Positions 51,491 to 64,000 of a stretch of 64,000 nucleotides of DNA are shown one piece after another (position 1 is the first letter of the stretch; every line of letters begins with the position of its first letter). This DNA comes from Octopus sinensis (lineage: Eukaryota). The position numbers and the translations under genes were made by a program. The notes below the pieces were generated by a model. The model did no database searches. It was not told where the DNA came from and worked only from the letters and a program-made list of their open reading frames with translations. Location: positions 7,378,001 through 7,442,000 of the forward strand of contig NC_042999.1 of assembly GCF_006345805.1 (NCBI RefSeq), written 5' to 3'.

Positions 51491-54276
51491 GTGACTGCAC
51501 TTAACCTTGGTTATCTGAATCTGCGTGGTCTGAGTTCGAAGTGGAAACAAACTTGTTTCCTCGACGACCTCAGATCACACGATATACAGGTGATGGTTGC
51601 TACAGAGACCAAGCTGGACAGCCATATCTCTTTGCTCCTCCTGAATGACTATGAGAAAATCATGTCTCCTGGCCAGACCGAAGGACGAGGAGGTATAGTG
51701 GTACAGATCCGTAAAGGCTCGGCTCTGCACACAAGCACAGTCTGTGTGGACCCAGAAGGTGGGCTGGTCGTCCTAGATGTGACAAACAGCAGTAAAGCCT
51801 TCAGGTTGTTCGGACTCTATGCACCTTGTGCCAGAGAATTCCAAACTGATTTTTATCGGCGTCTGGAGAACTTTCTCGTGACGTCGAAGACATTAGTAGT
51901 GTTCGGTGACATTAACGCATCGATAGCGTTGGCTCGGCCGGTAGGGAAGTTAACTCACATCTCGTGGATCTGCTTAAGCGCTTTCAGCTGGCAGATCGTT
52001 AGAAGCTTGACTATCTGGACGTTCCAGACTGGACCGGGATTAGTGGCGACGAAAAGCTCAAATCTTACTTAGATAGGATAGTGATAAGAACTAAAGATAA
52101 GACTAGTTTTAGCTGTCCACGGATTGTCCAAGTAGCCTACACTAACCATAGAATGGTTACTTGTAGACTGGACATAGATAGTACAGTTAAGAGAGGGCCG
52201 GGCCACTGGAAGCTTAACAAGTCTATTTTGATCTGTGAGGCATACCGTAGCCGGATTAAGGAGTTAGTACAGAGGGCGTTAACCGGCGCCGTGGTTAATA
52301 ACCGGTGGTGGTTCGCCCTGAAGAGAGCCATTCGATTTGATTCCGTTAGGTTTAGTTAACAGCTAAGACTAGATAAGGCCAGAATAGAGTGGCAACTAGT
52401 CAAGAACTTAGAAGAGGCGTTGAGGTTGGGCCCTGCATCTCTCATTTTGGCAGCGAGAACAGCATTGGACCGTCACCTCAAAGCCAAACATCAGGAGTGT
52501 GGAGTTCGAGCTAAAGTGCCAGCATTTGGCCGGTAGGGAATTAATGTTGCCGGATGGGCCCGTACGGTAGAAACCCAGCGTGGCACTGATGCCACAATTA
52601 AATCCGTCGTGGATGACAATAGGAGTTCGGTCGAGGGACTGGACGAGATATGCGAGGCGATTGACAAGCACTTTGCCGAATAGTTCGGGAGGGGCGGGAC
52701 GCTGGATCATGGTGAAGGCGCTAGGGTCTTCCTGTTTGATGGCTTGCGTCTCTCGGCACGAGAGCCTGAATGCTGTGAAGGGCCAATAAGAACTGGGCGA
52801 ATGCCCCGGCGAGAAATCACCGAGTCTCGAGGGTCTGCCCTATGAATTCTATAAAAGTATGACAGACTTGTTTGGGCACCTACTGGCCAGCGTTTACGCC
52901 AACTGACAGCATAATGGGCGAATTCCGAAGTCTACGAGCAAGGGGGATGAGATAGGGAACTTTAGGCCCATAATTCTGCTAAACAGAGTTAAAGATTTTG
53001 GCCCAAGTTGCTAGCAAAATGGTTGGCGCTGGTTGAGGTCGGACTTGTCGGAGAAGCGCAAACTTGCGCAATCCCGGGCAGGTCGATACACGACAATCTC
53101 CACTTTATACGCTACTCTTTAGAGAGGGTTAGGAAACTTTAGGGCGCAGGGGGTCGGGGGGACACTGGTGCATTTAGACCAGTCTAAGGCTTTTGATAGG
53201 GTCGACCATCGGTACTTGGCGGCGGTCATCGAGAAGGTTGGCCTGGGCCCGACCTTCCACGGTTGGATTGCTGCTTTGTACAGCGACATCGAATCCGTCG
53301 TGAAGGTGAATGGGTTCTTTTCGAAACAGTTCAAGATCGAGTGTTTAGTTCGTCAGGTGTGTCCCCAATTTCCGCTGTGGTATGTATTGACTCTTGAGCC
53401 ATTGCTGAGGAAGTTGGAGACATTAGGGGTTGCGCCGCATGATCTATGGCGTGGAAAATGAGCTTCGGCGTATGCGGATGACATCTCTATCATCGTGGCG
53501 GATGAAGGCCACCTTCCAGCCGAGGAAAAGGCCATCAAAAGTTACGAGGCGGTGGCAGGAGCAAAGGTTAACAAGGACAAGTCGGTCGGTTTGCAACTCA
53601 GCACCTGGAGGGGCAAGTCTATGGTGTCCAGTAATGTCGTGGGGTATTAGACAGAAAGTCATTTTAAGCTGCCCGGAGTCTGGATTGGTCCAGACTCCAG
53701 ATAGAGAAAAATTGGAGTGAGGTGATCAGCAAGGTGACTGCTCTAACTCAGGCCTGCTCTGGGCGGGCGTTATTCTTGCTAGGGAGGACTGAGGTGGTGC
53801 AGATGTTGATAGCATCAGTAATCACCTACCTTCTGACCGTGGTGCAGCGTTACCTGTTCGTGACAAGCTATCAAGGCATGGAAGTGTCGTCTCACTGTCA
53901 TGCCTGAGATGTGGGCAAGTTAGGAAAACCGTCTTGCACGCATTCGTGGAATGTCCGGAGTTATCGGGACTGATAGCTTTTGTCAGTGATGGGAAGAGTA
54001 CAGCTATCAGCTGAGTCTATTATCGAGATTGTTCCACCTCCTTTCCTTAACAGGGAAAGGAAGGCTTGTTTTCTCTGCGTAGTAGCCATACCGAAAGAAA
54101 CAGTATGTCAAGGTATAGTGACAGGTACCATTGTTTCTGGCCAGGGGTTAGTTAACTTTTTTAGTTACCACCTTAGTAGTAAGATCAGGCTAGAGAAGAA
54201 GTGTCTGTCACGAGATATGTTTGTGAAAAGATGGAAGCTTGTGGTGAGCAAACTAAGTACAATTGGCACCAGGTAA
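51491..54276 (+). pseudogene. Tx1-like ORF2 (APE endonuclease, reverse transcriptase, CCHC), many stops/frameshifts and one internal deletion near 53845
   Basis: LNLGYLNLRGL..QVMVATETKL, VVFGDINA, LDRI, GPGHWKLNKSIL, FRPIILLN, LDQSKAFDRVDHRYL, VRQVCP, AYADDI, LPVRDKL..CLRCGQ..TVLHAFVECP, FVKRW. Confidence 0.9.
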
Positions 54277-54769
54277 GTAAGGTCGAGTTAAAAAGTGAAT
54301 GTTCTACCCAGATGGCCGTGTGCCCTTCTTTCAACGCTCCTCCTTGCGGAACGCAACGACTTATTCAAAGTTTAAATTTTTTATTGCATATTTCATCGAT
54401 TCATTTTATCATCCCATTGATTTGACATTATAATACTTAAAAGCTTCTTCACCCTTTATGTTTCTGTGTCCTTGTTTGTCCCCTCTCTGTAATGCCTGTA
54501 TGGCAAATCTATATGAAATATAAAGCTTGCTTCCCAACCACATGGTTCTGGGTTCAGTCCCACTGCGTGACAATCACTCACTCACTCACTGAGCACAGCA
54601 TTGTATTTGATAAGACATGAGACGTCTCAACAGCTCCAACGTTTATCACACTGGCGACTTCGCCTCCCCATAATGATATCCTCTCCTCACAATCCACTAT
54701 TCACGTTTTCTACTTTTCCTGAGATCGAAACGGCGAGCTACAACATCACATGCGGCGATTATTTGCAAT

Positions 54770-55180
54770 AGGTGCAGGCATGACTGTGTGGTGAGAAGTT
54801 TCCTTCTTAGTCACATAGATCCAGGTTCAATTCCACTAGGTGGAAGCTTTGGCAAGTTTCTTCAAATATGGCCTCGAGTGGAAAACTGGAAGAATCCCGT
54901 CGTGTATATATGTGCGTGTGTGTGTGTGTGTGTTCGCTTTTTTGTGTGAGTGTGTGTGAGTATATATGTGTGTGTTTGTGTTTTTGCCCCAATACAGCTT
55001 GAAAACCGGTGTTGGTGTGTTTACATCCATGCCACTTGACGGTTCGGCAAAAGAGACCGATAGGATTAGTACCAAGCTTAAAACAAAAGCAAACGAAGCA
55101 CTGGAGGAGATTTGCTCGTCTGAAATTCTTCAAGGCGGTGCCCCAGCATGGCCGCGTTCTATTGACCGAAACAAGTAAAC
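54770..55180 (+). mobile_element. SINE family B (older copy)
   Basis: Head, internal TG tract, GACGGTTCGGCAAAAGAGACCGATAG and the GGCGGTGCCCCAGCATGGCC tail. Confidence 0.8.
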
Positions 55181-55960
55181 GATTAGCAGATAAGACTGTT
55201 ATTGTATAATTGTGTTAGGCACGGGCAGAACGGCGCAATAGCAGTTGGTTATCAACTATCCTTATCAAATAAGCAAGCTGTGATTATTGTTATGGGTGTA
55301 TACATCTAACCGTAATTAATAGTAACATCCCGAATAGAGATGTTCACCCATAATAATTAACCTGTATGAATTAAAAGAGAAGGCAGTTTGGCTTAATGTC
55401 AGTTATAATGTCGCTGTTTAGATTTAGATTGACTTAATGTTTCATAAGTACCGATTTAGCAAGAGATATGATCGACTGGAATGCAATAACCTCGCCAGCT
55501 ACCTAATGGCCGCTGTGTGAAGAGATAAAGCAATCATTTAATCAATTTTAATTCCACTCGCCATTCTTTGAAACGTTCTACATATAAACATGTATTCGAT
55601 ACTCGGCTTCCTCTTTCTCGCTCTCTATCCTTTGCACTCTCTCACTCTGGCTATACACACACACACACACACACACATATATACATATATGTATATATAC
55701 ATAGCAGTGTGTATATGCGTACGGGTGTGGAAACAGTACGTTTATAAGATACTGAATAGACAAATACATCGTTATGGGTGCATTATATTTTAATATCTGT
55801 ACAATAGTAGCTGAACTCGGCCAATGATAGTAATCGACTATAATTAATATCACATCGTATCATACATACACACAAACGCACTCACACACACACACACAGA
55901 TGCACGCATAGGTATCTCCCTCTTTCTCTCTCTCTCTGTTTCTCTCTGTCTCTATCTCTA

Positions 55961-55996
<36 letters not shown>

Positions 55997-56003
55997 TATA
56001 TAT

Positions 56004-56058
<55 letters not shown>

Positions 56059-56258
56059 AACATACATACATACTTACATACATACTTATATTTATATATA
56101 TGTGTATATGTATATATATATGTATATGTATATATATAAGTATATATATGTATATATATATATATGCATACATATATGTATACATATATATATACATATA
56201 TGTATATATATATGTATATATATACTTATATATATATAATATATATATATATAATAAT

Positions 56259-56290
<32 letters not shown>

Positions 56291-56333
56291 ATTATATATA
56301 TATATATATATACTATATATATATATATATATT

Positions 56334-56392
<59 letters not shown>

Positions 56393-56728
56393 GATATATA
56401 TATATATGTATGTATATATCTCTTTGTAAGAATATTATGTGTGTTAATGTTTTTTTTATTCGGCAGCATTTTTGCTCTGAAAAAGGCATTAATTTGCAGG
56501 CGTTTCAGTTTTTATTGCAGCAAAATCAATAAAGATGATTTCAAACCTTTTTTACTTTAATTTTTTGTTTTTTTGAAATCACATTTATCCAAACTTTCTG
56601 GAAACGTAAATTATGCCGGGTTTCCGTGCCTATGTGTGTGAGTACGTGTGTGTATATAAGCATATATATATATGTACACATATATGTATGTCTCTCTCTG
56701 TACATACATACATACATACATACATATC

Positions 56729-56759
<31 letters not shown>

Positions 56760-56987
56760 ATATATTATATATATGTGTACATATATGCATAATTTATGTG
56801 AGTATGTATGTGTGTTAATGTACGTATTGCACATAAATATAAAATGCAACAGATTTATAATCTACTCTGTGAGTTTTATCCCCAATTGTTTCTTTTGCAA
56901 TAATCCGAATTTAGCTTGAATATACATTTTGAAATTACTCATTATACATACATACATTCTTATATGTATATGTGCCTGTATGTGTGC

Positions 56988-57064
<77 letters not shown>

Positions 57065-57510
57065 ATGTGTGTGTATGTATATGTATATATATAAAATGAT
57101 GAATAATTTCAAAATGGAGAATTCGAGTTAAATGCGATACAGGCAGAATCCATTCAATATATTTACATATATTTTATCTTCTAAAATATAAGTAGAAACT
57201 TGGGTTCATTTTTAATAAATCTGTATATTTTATTTAGTATTTCCAGCTACCGATTGAAGTTGACCTGTGCAAACGTCCATTCCTTCAGGGATCACATTCA
57301 TCTCGGGTTCTATGTTAGCCCCTGCCATAAGACTTCTCCGCAAGAACCGAATCTATTTTGTAGACCTGTAGAAGTAGAGAAAGAACGTTCATTCCATTCC
57401 TCTGTTTCAATCTATGACACATGAGCTGTTTTTAGGATTGCGGTGTCTTTTCCATGGACCTAAAGATGAAATGGCTCTCGATTTTTTATTTTGCTTTCCT
57501 TCTCCTTCCT

Positions 57511-57738
57511 ATTTCTTTACTACCCACAAGGGGATAAACACAGAGGGGACAAACAAGGACAGACACACATATTAAGTCGACTACATCGACCCTAGTGTGT
57601 AACTGGTACTTATTTAATCGACCCCGAAAGGATGAAAGTCAAAGTCGACCTCGGCGGAATTTGAACTCATAACGTAACGGCAGACGAAATACTGCAAAGC
57701 ATTTCGCCCAGCGTGCTAACGTTTCTGCCAGCTCGCCG
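57511..57738 (-). mobile_element. SINE family A with TSD
   Basis: Full family A sequence; CCTTCTCCTTCCT at 57498-57510 and 57739-57751. Confidence 0.92.
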
Positions 57739-58689
57739 CCTTCTCCTTCCTGTTAACTTAACACAGGTCCTCGTTTCACGTTCTTCGACTTAACCTTTGA
57801 CATCGTCCATCAATTTAATCATTTTAAATTTTAATTCTGTCGCTGTGCATGACTGTCACAGACACTTCTAACCGAAACAAGGTAGTGAAAGGCAAAGTAA
57901 AAAATCAACTTCAGGACAATTAGAACTGGATTTTCTAGATATCTGCATTAAACTGTGTCATAACCAGACCGTAGTTTTGCTACAAAATATTTGTCGAGTC
58001 ATGAAATTAAATCTACAATGAACTTACCAGGTGTGTGAATTTTTAAATGACTCTTCAACGGCGTTATTACGCCGGTTTCAAGACACCGTTTTATACTACA
58101 TCATGTGCCAGACATGAAGGTTTGGATTGTTACAGAAGAGATGAAACAAAAAAAGTGGAAAGTTGGCTGAGAATATTAAATTTAGTTTTCCCCGGGGATT
58201 ACTGTATTATGTATTGTTTAGGGAAAGGGAACTTGAAGAAAGCTACAGATGCCACTTTAATAGTAGCCCAGGAATAAGGGAGAAGGGAACGAGCAACCAG
58301 AAAACACATAGCTAAGGAGAATATATGACCGTCATAACAATTATGTCGCGAATATAAAAGCGTACGCATACGAAATAGGAAAATGCAAAAATTGCGGACA
58401 TTGCAAAAGATACAGAAACGTAAAATATTTAAAAAAACCCCTAAAACTTGGCATGATTAAGTGTGAACTTAATGCGAGAAACAAGATTTATGCAATCAAT
58501 ATGTTAGCTTTAACTGTTGTGATCTGAAGGTGCATGGCTCAGAGGTTAGATCATGTCAACTTGAAAAGACCGGATTTTCTTAAAACTCTATCGAAACTGA
58601 AATGCTACAAATTTCTTAGTTCTCAGACTGTGGCCTCCGTTCCCTTCAATATAGCATTGCTAATCACAAATAACAAAGGTCCAAGTTGC

Positions 58690-58885
58690 AGTTACTTGAG
58701 TTCTGTGGGTGAGACTTGGAGCTTTTGGCACAAGGCCAGCAATTTCGAAGGGAGGGTCTAGTCGATTACATCCATCCTTGTACCGGATTAGTTCTTATTC
58801 TATCGACCTCGCCGGAATTTGAACTCAGACTGTAAAGAGTCAGGCGAAATGCTGTTGAGCATTTTGTTCGACGCGCCAACAAGAC
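58690..58885 (-). mobile_element. SINE family A2 (degenerate, internally deleted)
   Basis: GGCACAAGGCCAGCAATTTCG tail, TCGACCTCGCCGGAATTTGAACTCAG centre. Confidence 0.7.
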
Positions 58886-59665
58886 AGCCGATTCGCCGAC
58901 CATACTAATTTCTTGCATGACAAAAACAATTTATAGGGAGGGAGGAGAAAATCGATTATGCTGATCCCTGCACTTGACTGGTTCGTTATTTTATTACCCC
59001 AAGCACGATGTAACGCAAAGTTACTTTCGCGGTGAAATTTCGTTATCGTTAAAATTCAAAATATTGAAAAAAAAAAAAATGCAATTAAAACACATTTATT
59101 GAAATGTAAAATCTTATACGAAATGCTGAGATTGCAGCCATATCAATGTTAACGATTTGTGAGATAAGCGGTTTCGCTGTGCATGCAATTGTCTGTAATA
59201 GAATAGATAAGATACACCGTGCGTGTATTAGAAAGTCTTCACATGCAAATAAATTGATCAATATTGAACAAGGAATGAATAGATATTTCCTTCATATCAC
59301 AATGGTATCTTCTCAATTGTAAACTGATCTCAACACGTCTCCACTTATAGCTTCTTCGCAAATTGCTTTATAAAGTAAATCAAATAAATCACTGAATGTT
59401 TAAACAATTTAATAAGGCTTACGGTGGACAAGTACTCTTCCCTTCATAATACATTTAGGATGTCGAGAAGAGAACGTCGTGCACAAGTGTCGTATTTCAT
59501 TTAGGGAAGAGTTTCCATAGACAATACGATCATCAATTTACTCTCGATTCGCATCTGCTCTTGAAGTATTTGCAAAATATTGATATAATTCTAGAGGCAA
59601 GTGAACGCAGATCATGTTTTCATCAATAAATAAGCTGTATTGAACTACTATACACACAAACCTGA

Positions 59666-59899
59666 AGGCCGCGAGCTGGCAGAAACGTTAGCACGCCGGG
59701 CGAAATGCTTAGTGGTATTTCGTCTACCGCTACGTTCTGAGTTCAAATCCCGCCGAGGTCGACTTTGCCTTAAATCCTTTCGGGGTCGATTAAATAAGTA
59801 CCAGTTACGCACTGGGGTCGATATAATCGACTTAATCCGTTTATCAGTCCTTGTTTGTCCTCTCTGTGTTTTTATCCCCTTGTGGGTAATAAAGAAATA
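59666..59899 (+). mobile_element. SINE family A with perfect 17 bp TSD
   Basis: TATACACACAAACCTGA at 59649-59665 and 59900-59916. Confidence 0.93.
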
Positions 59900-60535
59900 T
59901 ATACACACAAACCTGAGCCCTTTTTATAACAGCTTGCCTGGAACCGACTCTCGTTCTTTCACTTTTAAAGTGAATAAAATAAATAACTTTCAGCAGAATT
60001 TCGTATGAATTTATTTCCCGAACACAAGTAAATAAGGACTAAATCATATAATACATTATTCATTATTCAAAGAAAAAAAGACAAAAAAAAACTGGAAGTC
60101 AACGTATTTCATCAGAAATATGGTGACAAGAAGGACTGACAAGTATCTCCGGCGGCACGCTCCCCCTAAAGGAATGTTTTATCTTCCATTCTTCACAGTT
60201 GTTATTTTCCTGAAATTATTCCGTCAGATTGTAGCCGTTATTATGAATGAACGCTACGTATTTCATTTTGAAAGCTTCTTACGAATTTCTTAATTTAGAC
60301 TCTACGAATAACATATTGACAATAACATATTTAAATCGACATATTTATACTGAAAATAACATATTTAAATTGGTTTTCTTGAATAGATTTAGTGTTAATA
60401 TTGTTGAATCATCGTCAGTGGCAACGATACAATCCGTGACAAACCTGTCTGGGTTTGACCTGGCTCCAGTCAGGGACCTATTTAAATGAGAGTTCAAACA
60501 TTAACACAAAGTCTTATATAGCAATAAAGAAATAT

Positions 60536-60922
60536 AAGGCTGCGAACTGGCAGAATCGTTAGCACGCCGGGCGAAATGCTTATCGGTATTTCGTCTGTCT
60601 TTACGTTCTGAGTTCAAACCTCGCCGAGGTCGACTTTGCCTTTCATCCTTTCGAGGTCGATAAATTAAGTACCAGTTACGCACTGGCGTCGATGTAATCG
60701 ACTTAATCCGTGTGTCAGTCCTTGTTTGTCCCCTCTATGTTTAGCCCCTTGTGGGCAAAAAGAAATAGGTATTTCGTCTGCCGCTACGTTCTGAGTTCAA
60801 ATTCCGCCGAGGTCGACTTTGCTTTTCATCCTTTCAGGGTCGATAAATAAAGTACCAGTTTCGCACTGGGATCGATGTAATCTACTTAATCCCTTTGTCT
60901 GCCCTTGTTTGTCCCCTCTATG
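60536..60922 (+). mobile_element. SINE family A head-to-tail dimer
   Basis: Full unit to about 60768, then AAAGAAATAG|GTATTTCGTCTGCCG re-entry into a second, 3'-truncated unit. Confidence 0.88.
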
Positions 60923-61502
60923 TAAGAAACTTACATGGAATATTTATCGTTGTTATGGCGTTCATCTTCTCGATACACTAGATTAACAATGGGAATGAAT
61001 ATAATAACAGTTGGATTCTCCGAACCTTGTCTTGAGCACAGGAAGCGGTTTGTGTTGTTATTAAACCAATTTTCTTACATGACACTATAATAAGAAATAT
61101 TATACATTTCTGTATTTGAAGCTGACTCTAACCTTTCGGATGCTTGTCAAGTCTTATAATATATATAAAAGATATTTAAGAAATAGAATACTTTTAATTA
61201 AATTTCTCTTTATATAATTGAATTAATAATTGCTCTGCTAAGTTTATGTAATTCTATTGTCCTGACTGTAGATAATGCTCTGATCAGCGTTAATCTTTTC
61301 TGACCATTTCTATTTAAATCTTTTTAGCTAAAATTCGTAATCGTATCTCTTATTGATTTCTTAGAGAAGTATAACATTTCAAAATTATTGAACTTGGCAA
61401 ACGTATTATATGTCGTCTGTTCCTACCTAGAGCCACCAGCAGCCAATATGGAAGAGCAGCAAACTACAATCCGAACCGTGTGACGATTTTATTGCGTAGG
61501 GG

Positions 61503-62000
61503 CGCGTGACACAGCGGTTGCGGTGTTGCAATCACGATCTAACCACCGTGAGTTCGATCTCCGACCGAGCGACGCGTCCTGTTCTTGAGCAAAACACTTC
61601 ATTTCACGTTGCTGTAGTCCAGCGCTCCGCAACCGATATGCCGCGGCACGCTGGTGTGCCACGAAATAATGCTAGGTGTGCTGCAGTGTAACCTGAATAT
61701 AATTTTCCCCCCTTATAAATTTAGTTCAGGTGTGCCGCCCAATTTTGAAGAAAAATATATAAGTATGCCGCAAGAGGAAAGAGGTTGCGGAGCACTGTTC
61801 CAGTCCACTCGGCTGTAAACGGATGACCCTATGACGGACTGACATTTTCTGGTGGGCGGGGGTGGGTTGTTGTTTGGAGGGATTTTGGCCCTCTCGCCTT
61901 GCCAGCGAGGTGGTATCACTGAAAAGCATAAACGATGCTAAACGCACTGCTAAGCGCATTGTGGACACCGATGTATGACAGCATCCACTAATCACGTGAT
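61503..62000 (+). mobile_element. degenerate SINE family E
   Basis: tRNA-like head (GAGTTCGATCTCC), CTTGAGCAAAACACTT centre, tail shared with 16185-16302. Confidence 0.55.
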
Positions 62001-62786
62001 TACATTCGATGTATATCATACGTTTTGTCAAAAGTACAGCAGTAGCTCTTTAGGAACAGCTTACCATATAACTGACTAATGATGGTTAGTTGCGTATTTC
62101 TCCTATTTGCTTTGACCGTTTCTCAAACTTTCTAATGGCTGTTTTATATTTAAGATGACTTCTTTTCTTAAAGTGATAGGATGCTTTCAAGTAGATCATT
62201 GCAGCTCTGGGATGATCGAGATAAGGAAAAACAAAACAAAATGATGCTGAGCCGGAAGAAAAATAGTCCGAGAAAGAACGAACCAGAATAACACAAATAT
62301 CGATTGTAAAAGAGATACATTAGCATGCACACTCTGGGCCACCATACGCACACATACTCACGCACGCACACACACAACAAATGTAAAACAATAAAACGGC
62401 GACTCACAAGAAGACAGAGAAATAAAGTGAAGAGGACAAAGGTTTCGGAAAGATGTCGATTATTTCTGTAAATTTGTCCAGAAATTTCCCATGGAATCAT
62501 AGAAGAAGCATATCGGTTCCTACTTAAATACAAAGAGATTTTTAACGATTTGTTTCTTTAGTTTAAGTTTTATGTTTTGTCATCCTGTTTATTTTTGAAA
62601 AAGCTTTCTCTAACAGAATTAATAGCTATCTCCTTAAGGAAACGTATTACATGGCTGGATTTATGTAAAAATCGCGGGAAGTATTCAATCTCTGATCCTA
62701 GGAAGCGATGACTAGGCTTTCAGTTTTCGCTTTTAGGTCACCCATACTGAGCCACCTAAATGATGCTTCCTGGTTTTTTAAGTTGT

Positions 62787-62788
62787 TA

Positions 62789-62850
<62 letters not shown>
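62787..62850. repeat. (ATT)n microsatellite
   Basis: Direct; (TAG)n at 28430-28530 and (CTT)n at 19345-19520 are similar. Confidence 0.95.
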
Positions 62851-62851
<1 letters not shown>

Positions 62852-63283
62852 GTATTGTCTTTGCACAGATTCTAACGCTGGTGATGTACTTCGGTATAAG
62901 CTGTTCCCTACTTTTAATTCACCTGTTGAAAACAGGATTTTTTACAAGATGTAATTGATTTCTATATCAATGAAGAAAATATGTCTGAAACCGCTGTAGT
63001 GTACCTCAGTCCGTCTGTTTTATTATATATATATAATATTAGTGAGTATAACTTCAAACTTACAGGGAAAAATTCAATTTAGTATTAAATCAAATTTCAC
63101 AGTATAAATATATAAAATATGAATTAAAGATAAAACCACTATTATGCAACTCAAACAGTGATAGACATAAACCAATACATAAATAGCAAATAATATATAT
63201 ATATATATATATAAATAATTAAAAAATATATATATACAACTTATAACTAGATCACATAAAGTATAAAATGAATGATAAATCTC

Positions 63284-63720
63284 TCTATATATAAAACTCA
63301 ACTTGTGTGTGTGTGTGTGTGTATCTGTGTTTGTATCTGTGTGTGTGTCTGTGTGCTTAACCTCCCGGCACATCTCCTAGCCAACAAATCGTAGAACCAC
63401 CAAAAATGGGTCACTTAAAATTTAGGCGAATGAAAATTGAACTGTGCTATTTCTGTTCCGAAAAATCATCGCGCAAGTGCAAACATCGATAATGTGTTTG
63501 TTTAGGCCTTATCCCATGCATTGAATAGTGAACTTTACTCAGTCAGCTATTTGACGTGAACTGTGTTCACCACGCGTGCAAGCATGCGTAAATTGCATAC
63601 AACTAAAAATAAATCAAGATATAAAAACGAATCGCCGTAAACATTGTAGAAATTCGGCAAAGAAATGAATTTTCGGGATGTAGCCTGGACGGTTTTTTCG
63701 TATTAATTGTTTGAACTTTG
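63284..63720 (+). mobile_element. possible non-autonomous Helitron-like element (5' part)
   Basis: Starts TCTATATATAAAA followed by a (GT)n/GTCT tract and CTCCTAG...ACCAAAA. No CTAG 3' end or hairpin identified. Confidence 0.35.
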
Positions 63721-63737
63721 TGAACACATACCAATTA

Positions 63738-64000
63738 TCTATATATATAAAGCTGAAGTTGTCTGTGTATGGCAGGTTTGGTAGCCTTCAACTAAGACTA
63801 TCTCCTCCGAGACCCTACGGCGCATGTTGACCAAAATTGAGAGTATGATAGAAAAAGGCTTGCTCTTCCCTCCGTAGAAGAAAGATTCAAATCGGACCGT
63901 GTTAACACCAAAAATTATTTACATCAAGAAGGTGCTGTTTTTTCTATGAAAATCCCTATTTTTTTACGAGTTTTGACTGTCGCCATTTTTCGTGTATTTC
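63738..64000 (+). mobile_element. possible non-autonomous Helitron-like element, cut by window edge
   Basis: A|TCTATATATATAAAGCTGAAGTTGTCTGTGT...CTCCTCCGAGACC...TTGACCAAAATTG resembles invertebrate Helitron-N 5' ends. Confidence 0.45.

Larger units (their letters stand above)
49474..54523 (+). mobile_element. near full-length, decayed Tx1/L1-clade non-LTR retrotransposon
   Basis: ORF1, APE, RT and C-terminal CCHC remnants are in order. TSD AGCTTGC[A/T]TCCC at 49462-49473 and 54524-54535. Confidence 0.88.
49433..54570 (+). mobile_element. SINE family B head split by the Tx1 LINE (pieces 49433-49473 and 54524-54570)
   Basis: ...GCTGTGTGGTAAGGAGCTTGCATCCC| is resumed by |AGCTTGCTTCCCAACCACATGGTTCTGGGTTCAGTCCCACTGCGTG. 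Confidence 0.7.

Noticed and set aside
49753-54277. AGGTAAG as TSD of the Tx1 element
   Set aside because: The left copy belongs to the SINE-A TSD (GGTAAGCATTTTTG). The better TSD is AGCTTGC[A/T]TCCC.

Overview
AT-rich, microsatellite-dense eukaryotic DNA. The SINE families and repeat style suggest an octopus (cephalopod) genome, which is an inference. Most ORFs in the supplied track are translations of simple repeats. The window is dominated by mobile DNA. (1) About 20 tRNA-headed SINE copies from about 5 families, several with clean 13-17 bp TSDs. (2) Two decayed mariner (DD34D-type) elements. (3) RTE-, CR1- and L2-like LINE 3' fragments. (4) One apparently full-length but decayed Tx1/L1-clade LINE (49474-54523) with a TSD. 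(5) At least six Penelope-like (PLE) remnants, a 560 bp foldback element and two Helitron-like ends. The most notable signals are as follows. Several minimal hammerhead-ribozyme motifs sit in PLE termini, including a family whose core is UUGAAAA (U3-A8 instead of C3-G8) with stem-II covariation between copies. Two SINE/LINE pairs share 3' tails inside the window (SINE-A with the Tx1 LINE; SINE-B with a CR1-like LINE). The Tx1 element is inserted inside a SINE tRNA head. SINE-A forms head-to-tail dimers with the same junction at three loci. A tentative, unnamed minus-strand host gene (candidate exons about 29.8-38.5 kb) is supported only by splice signals and open frames.
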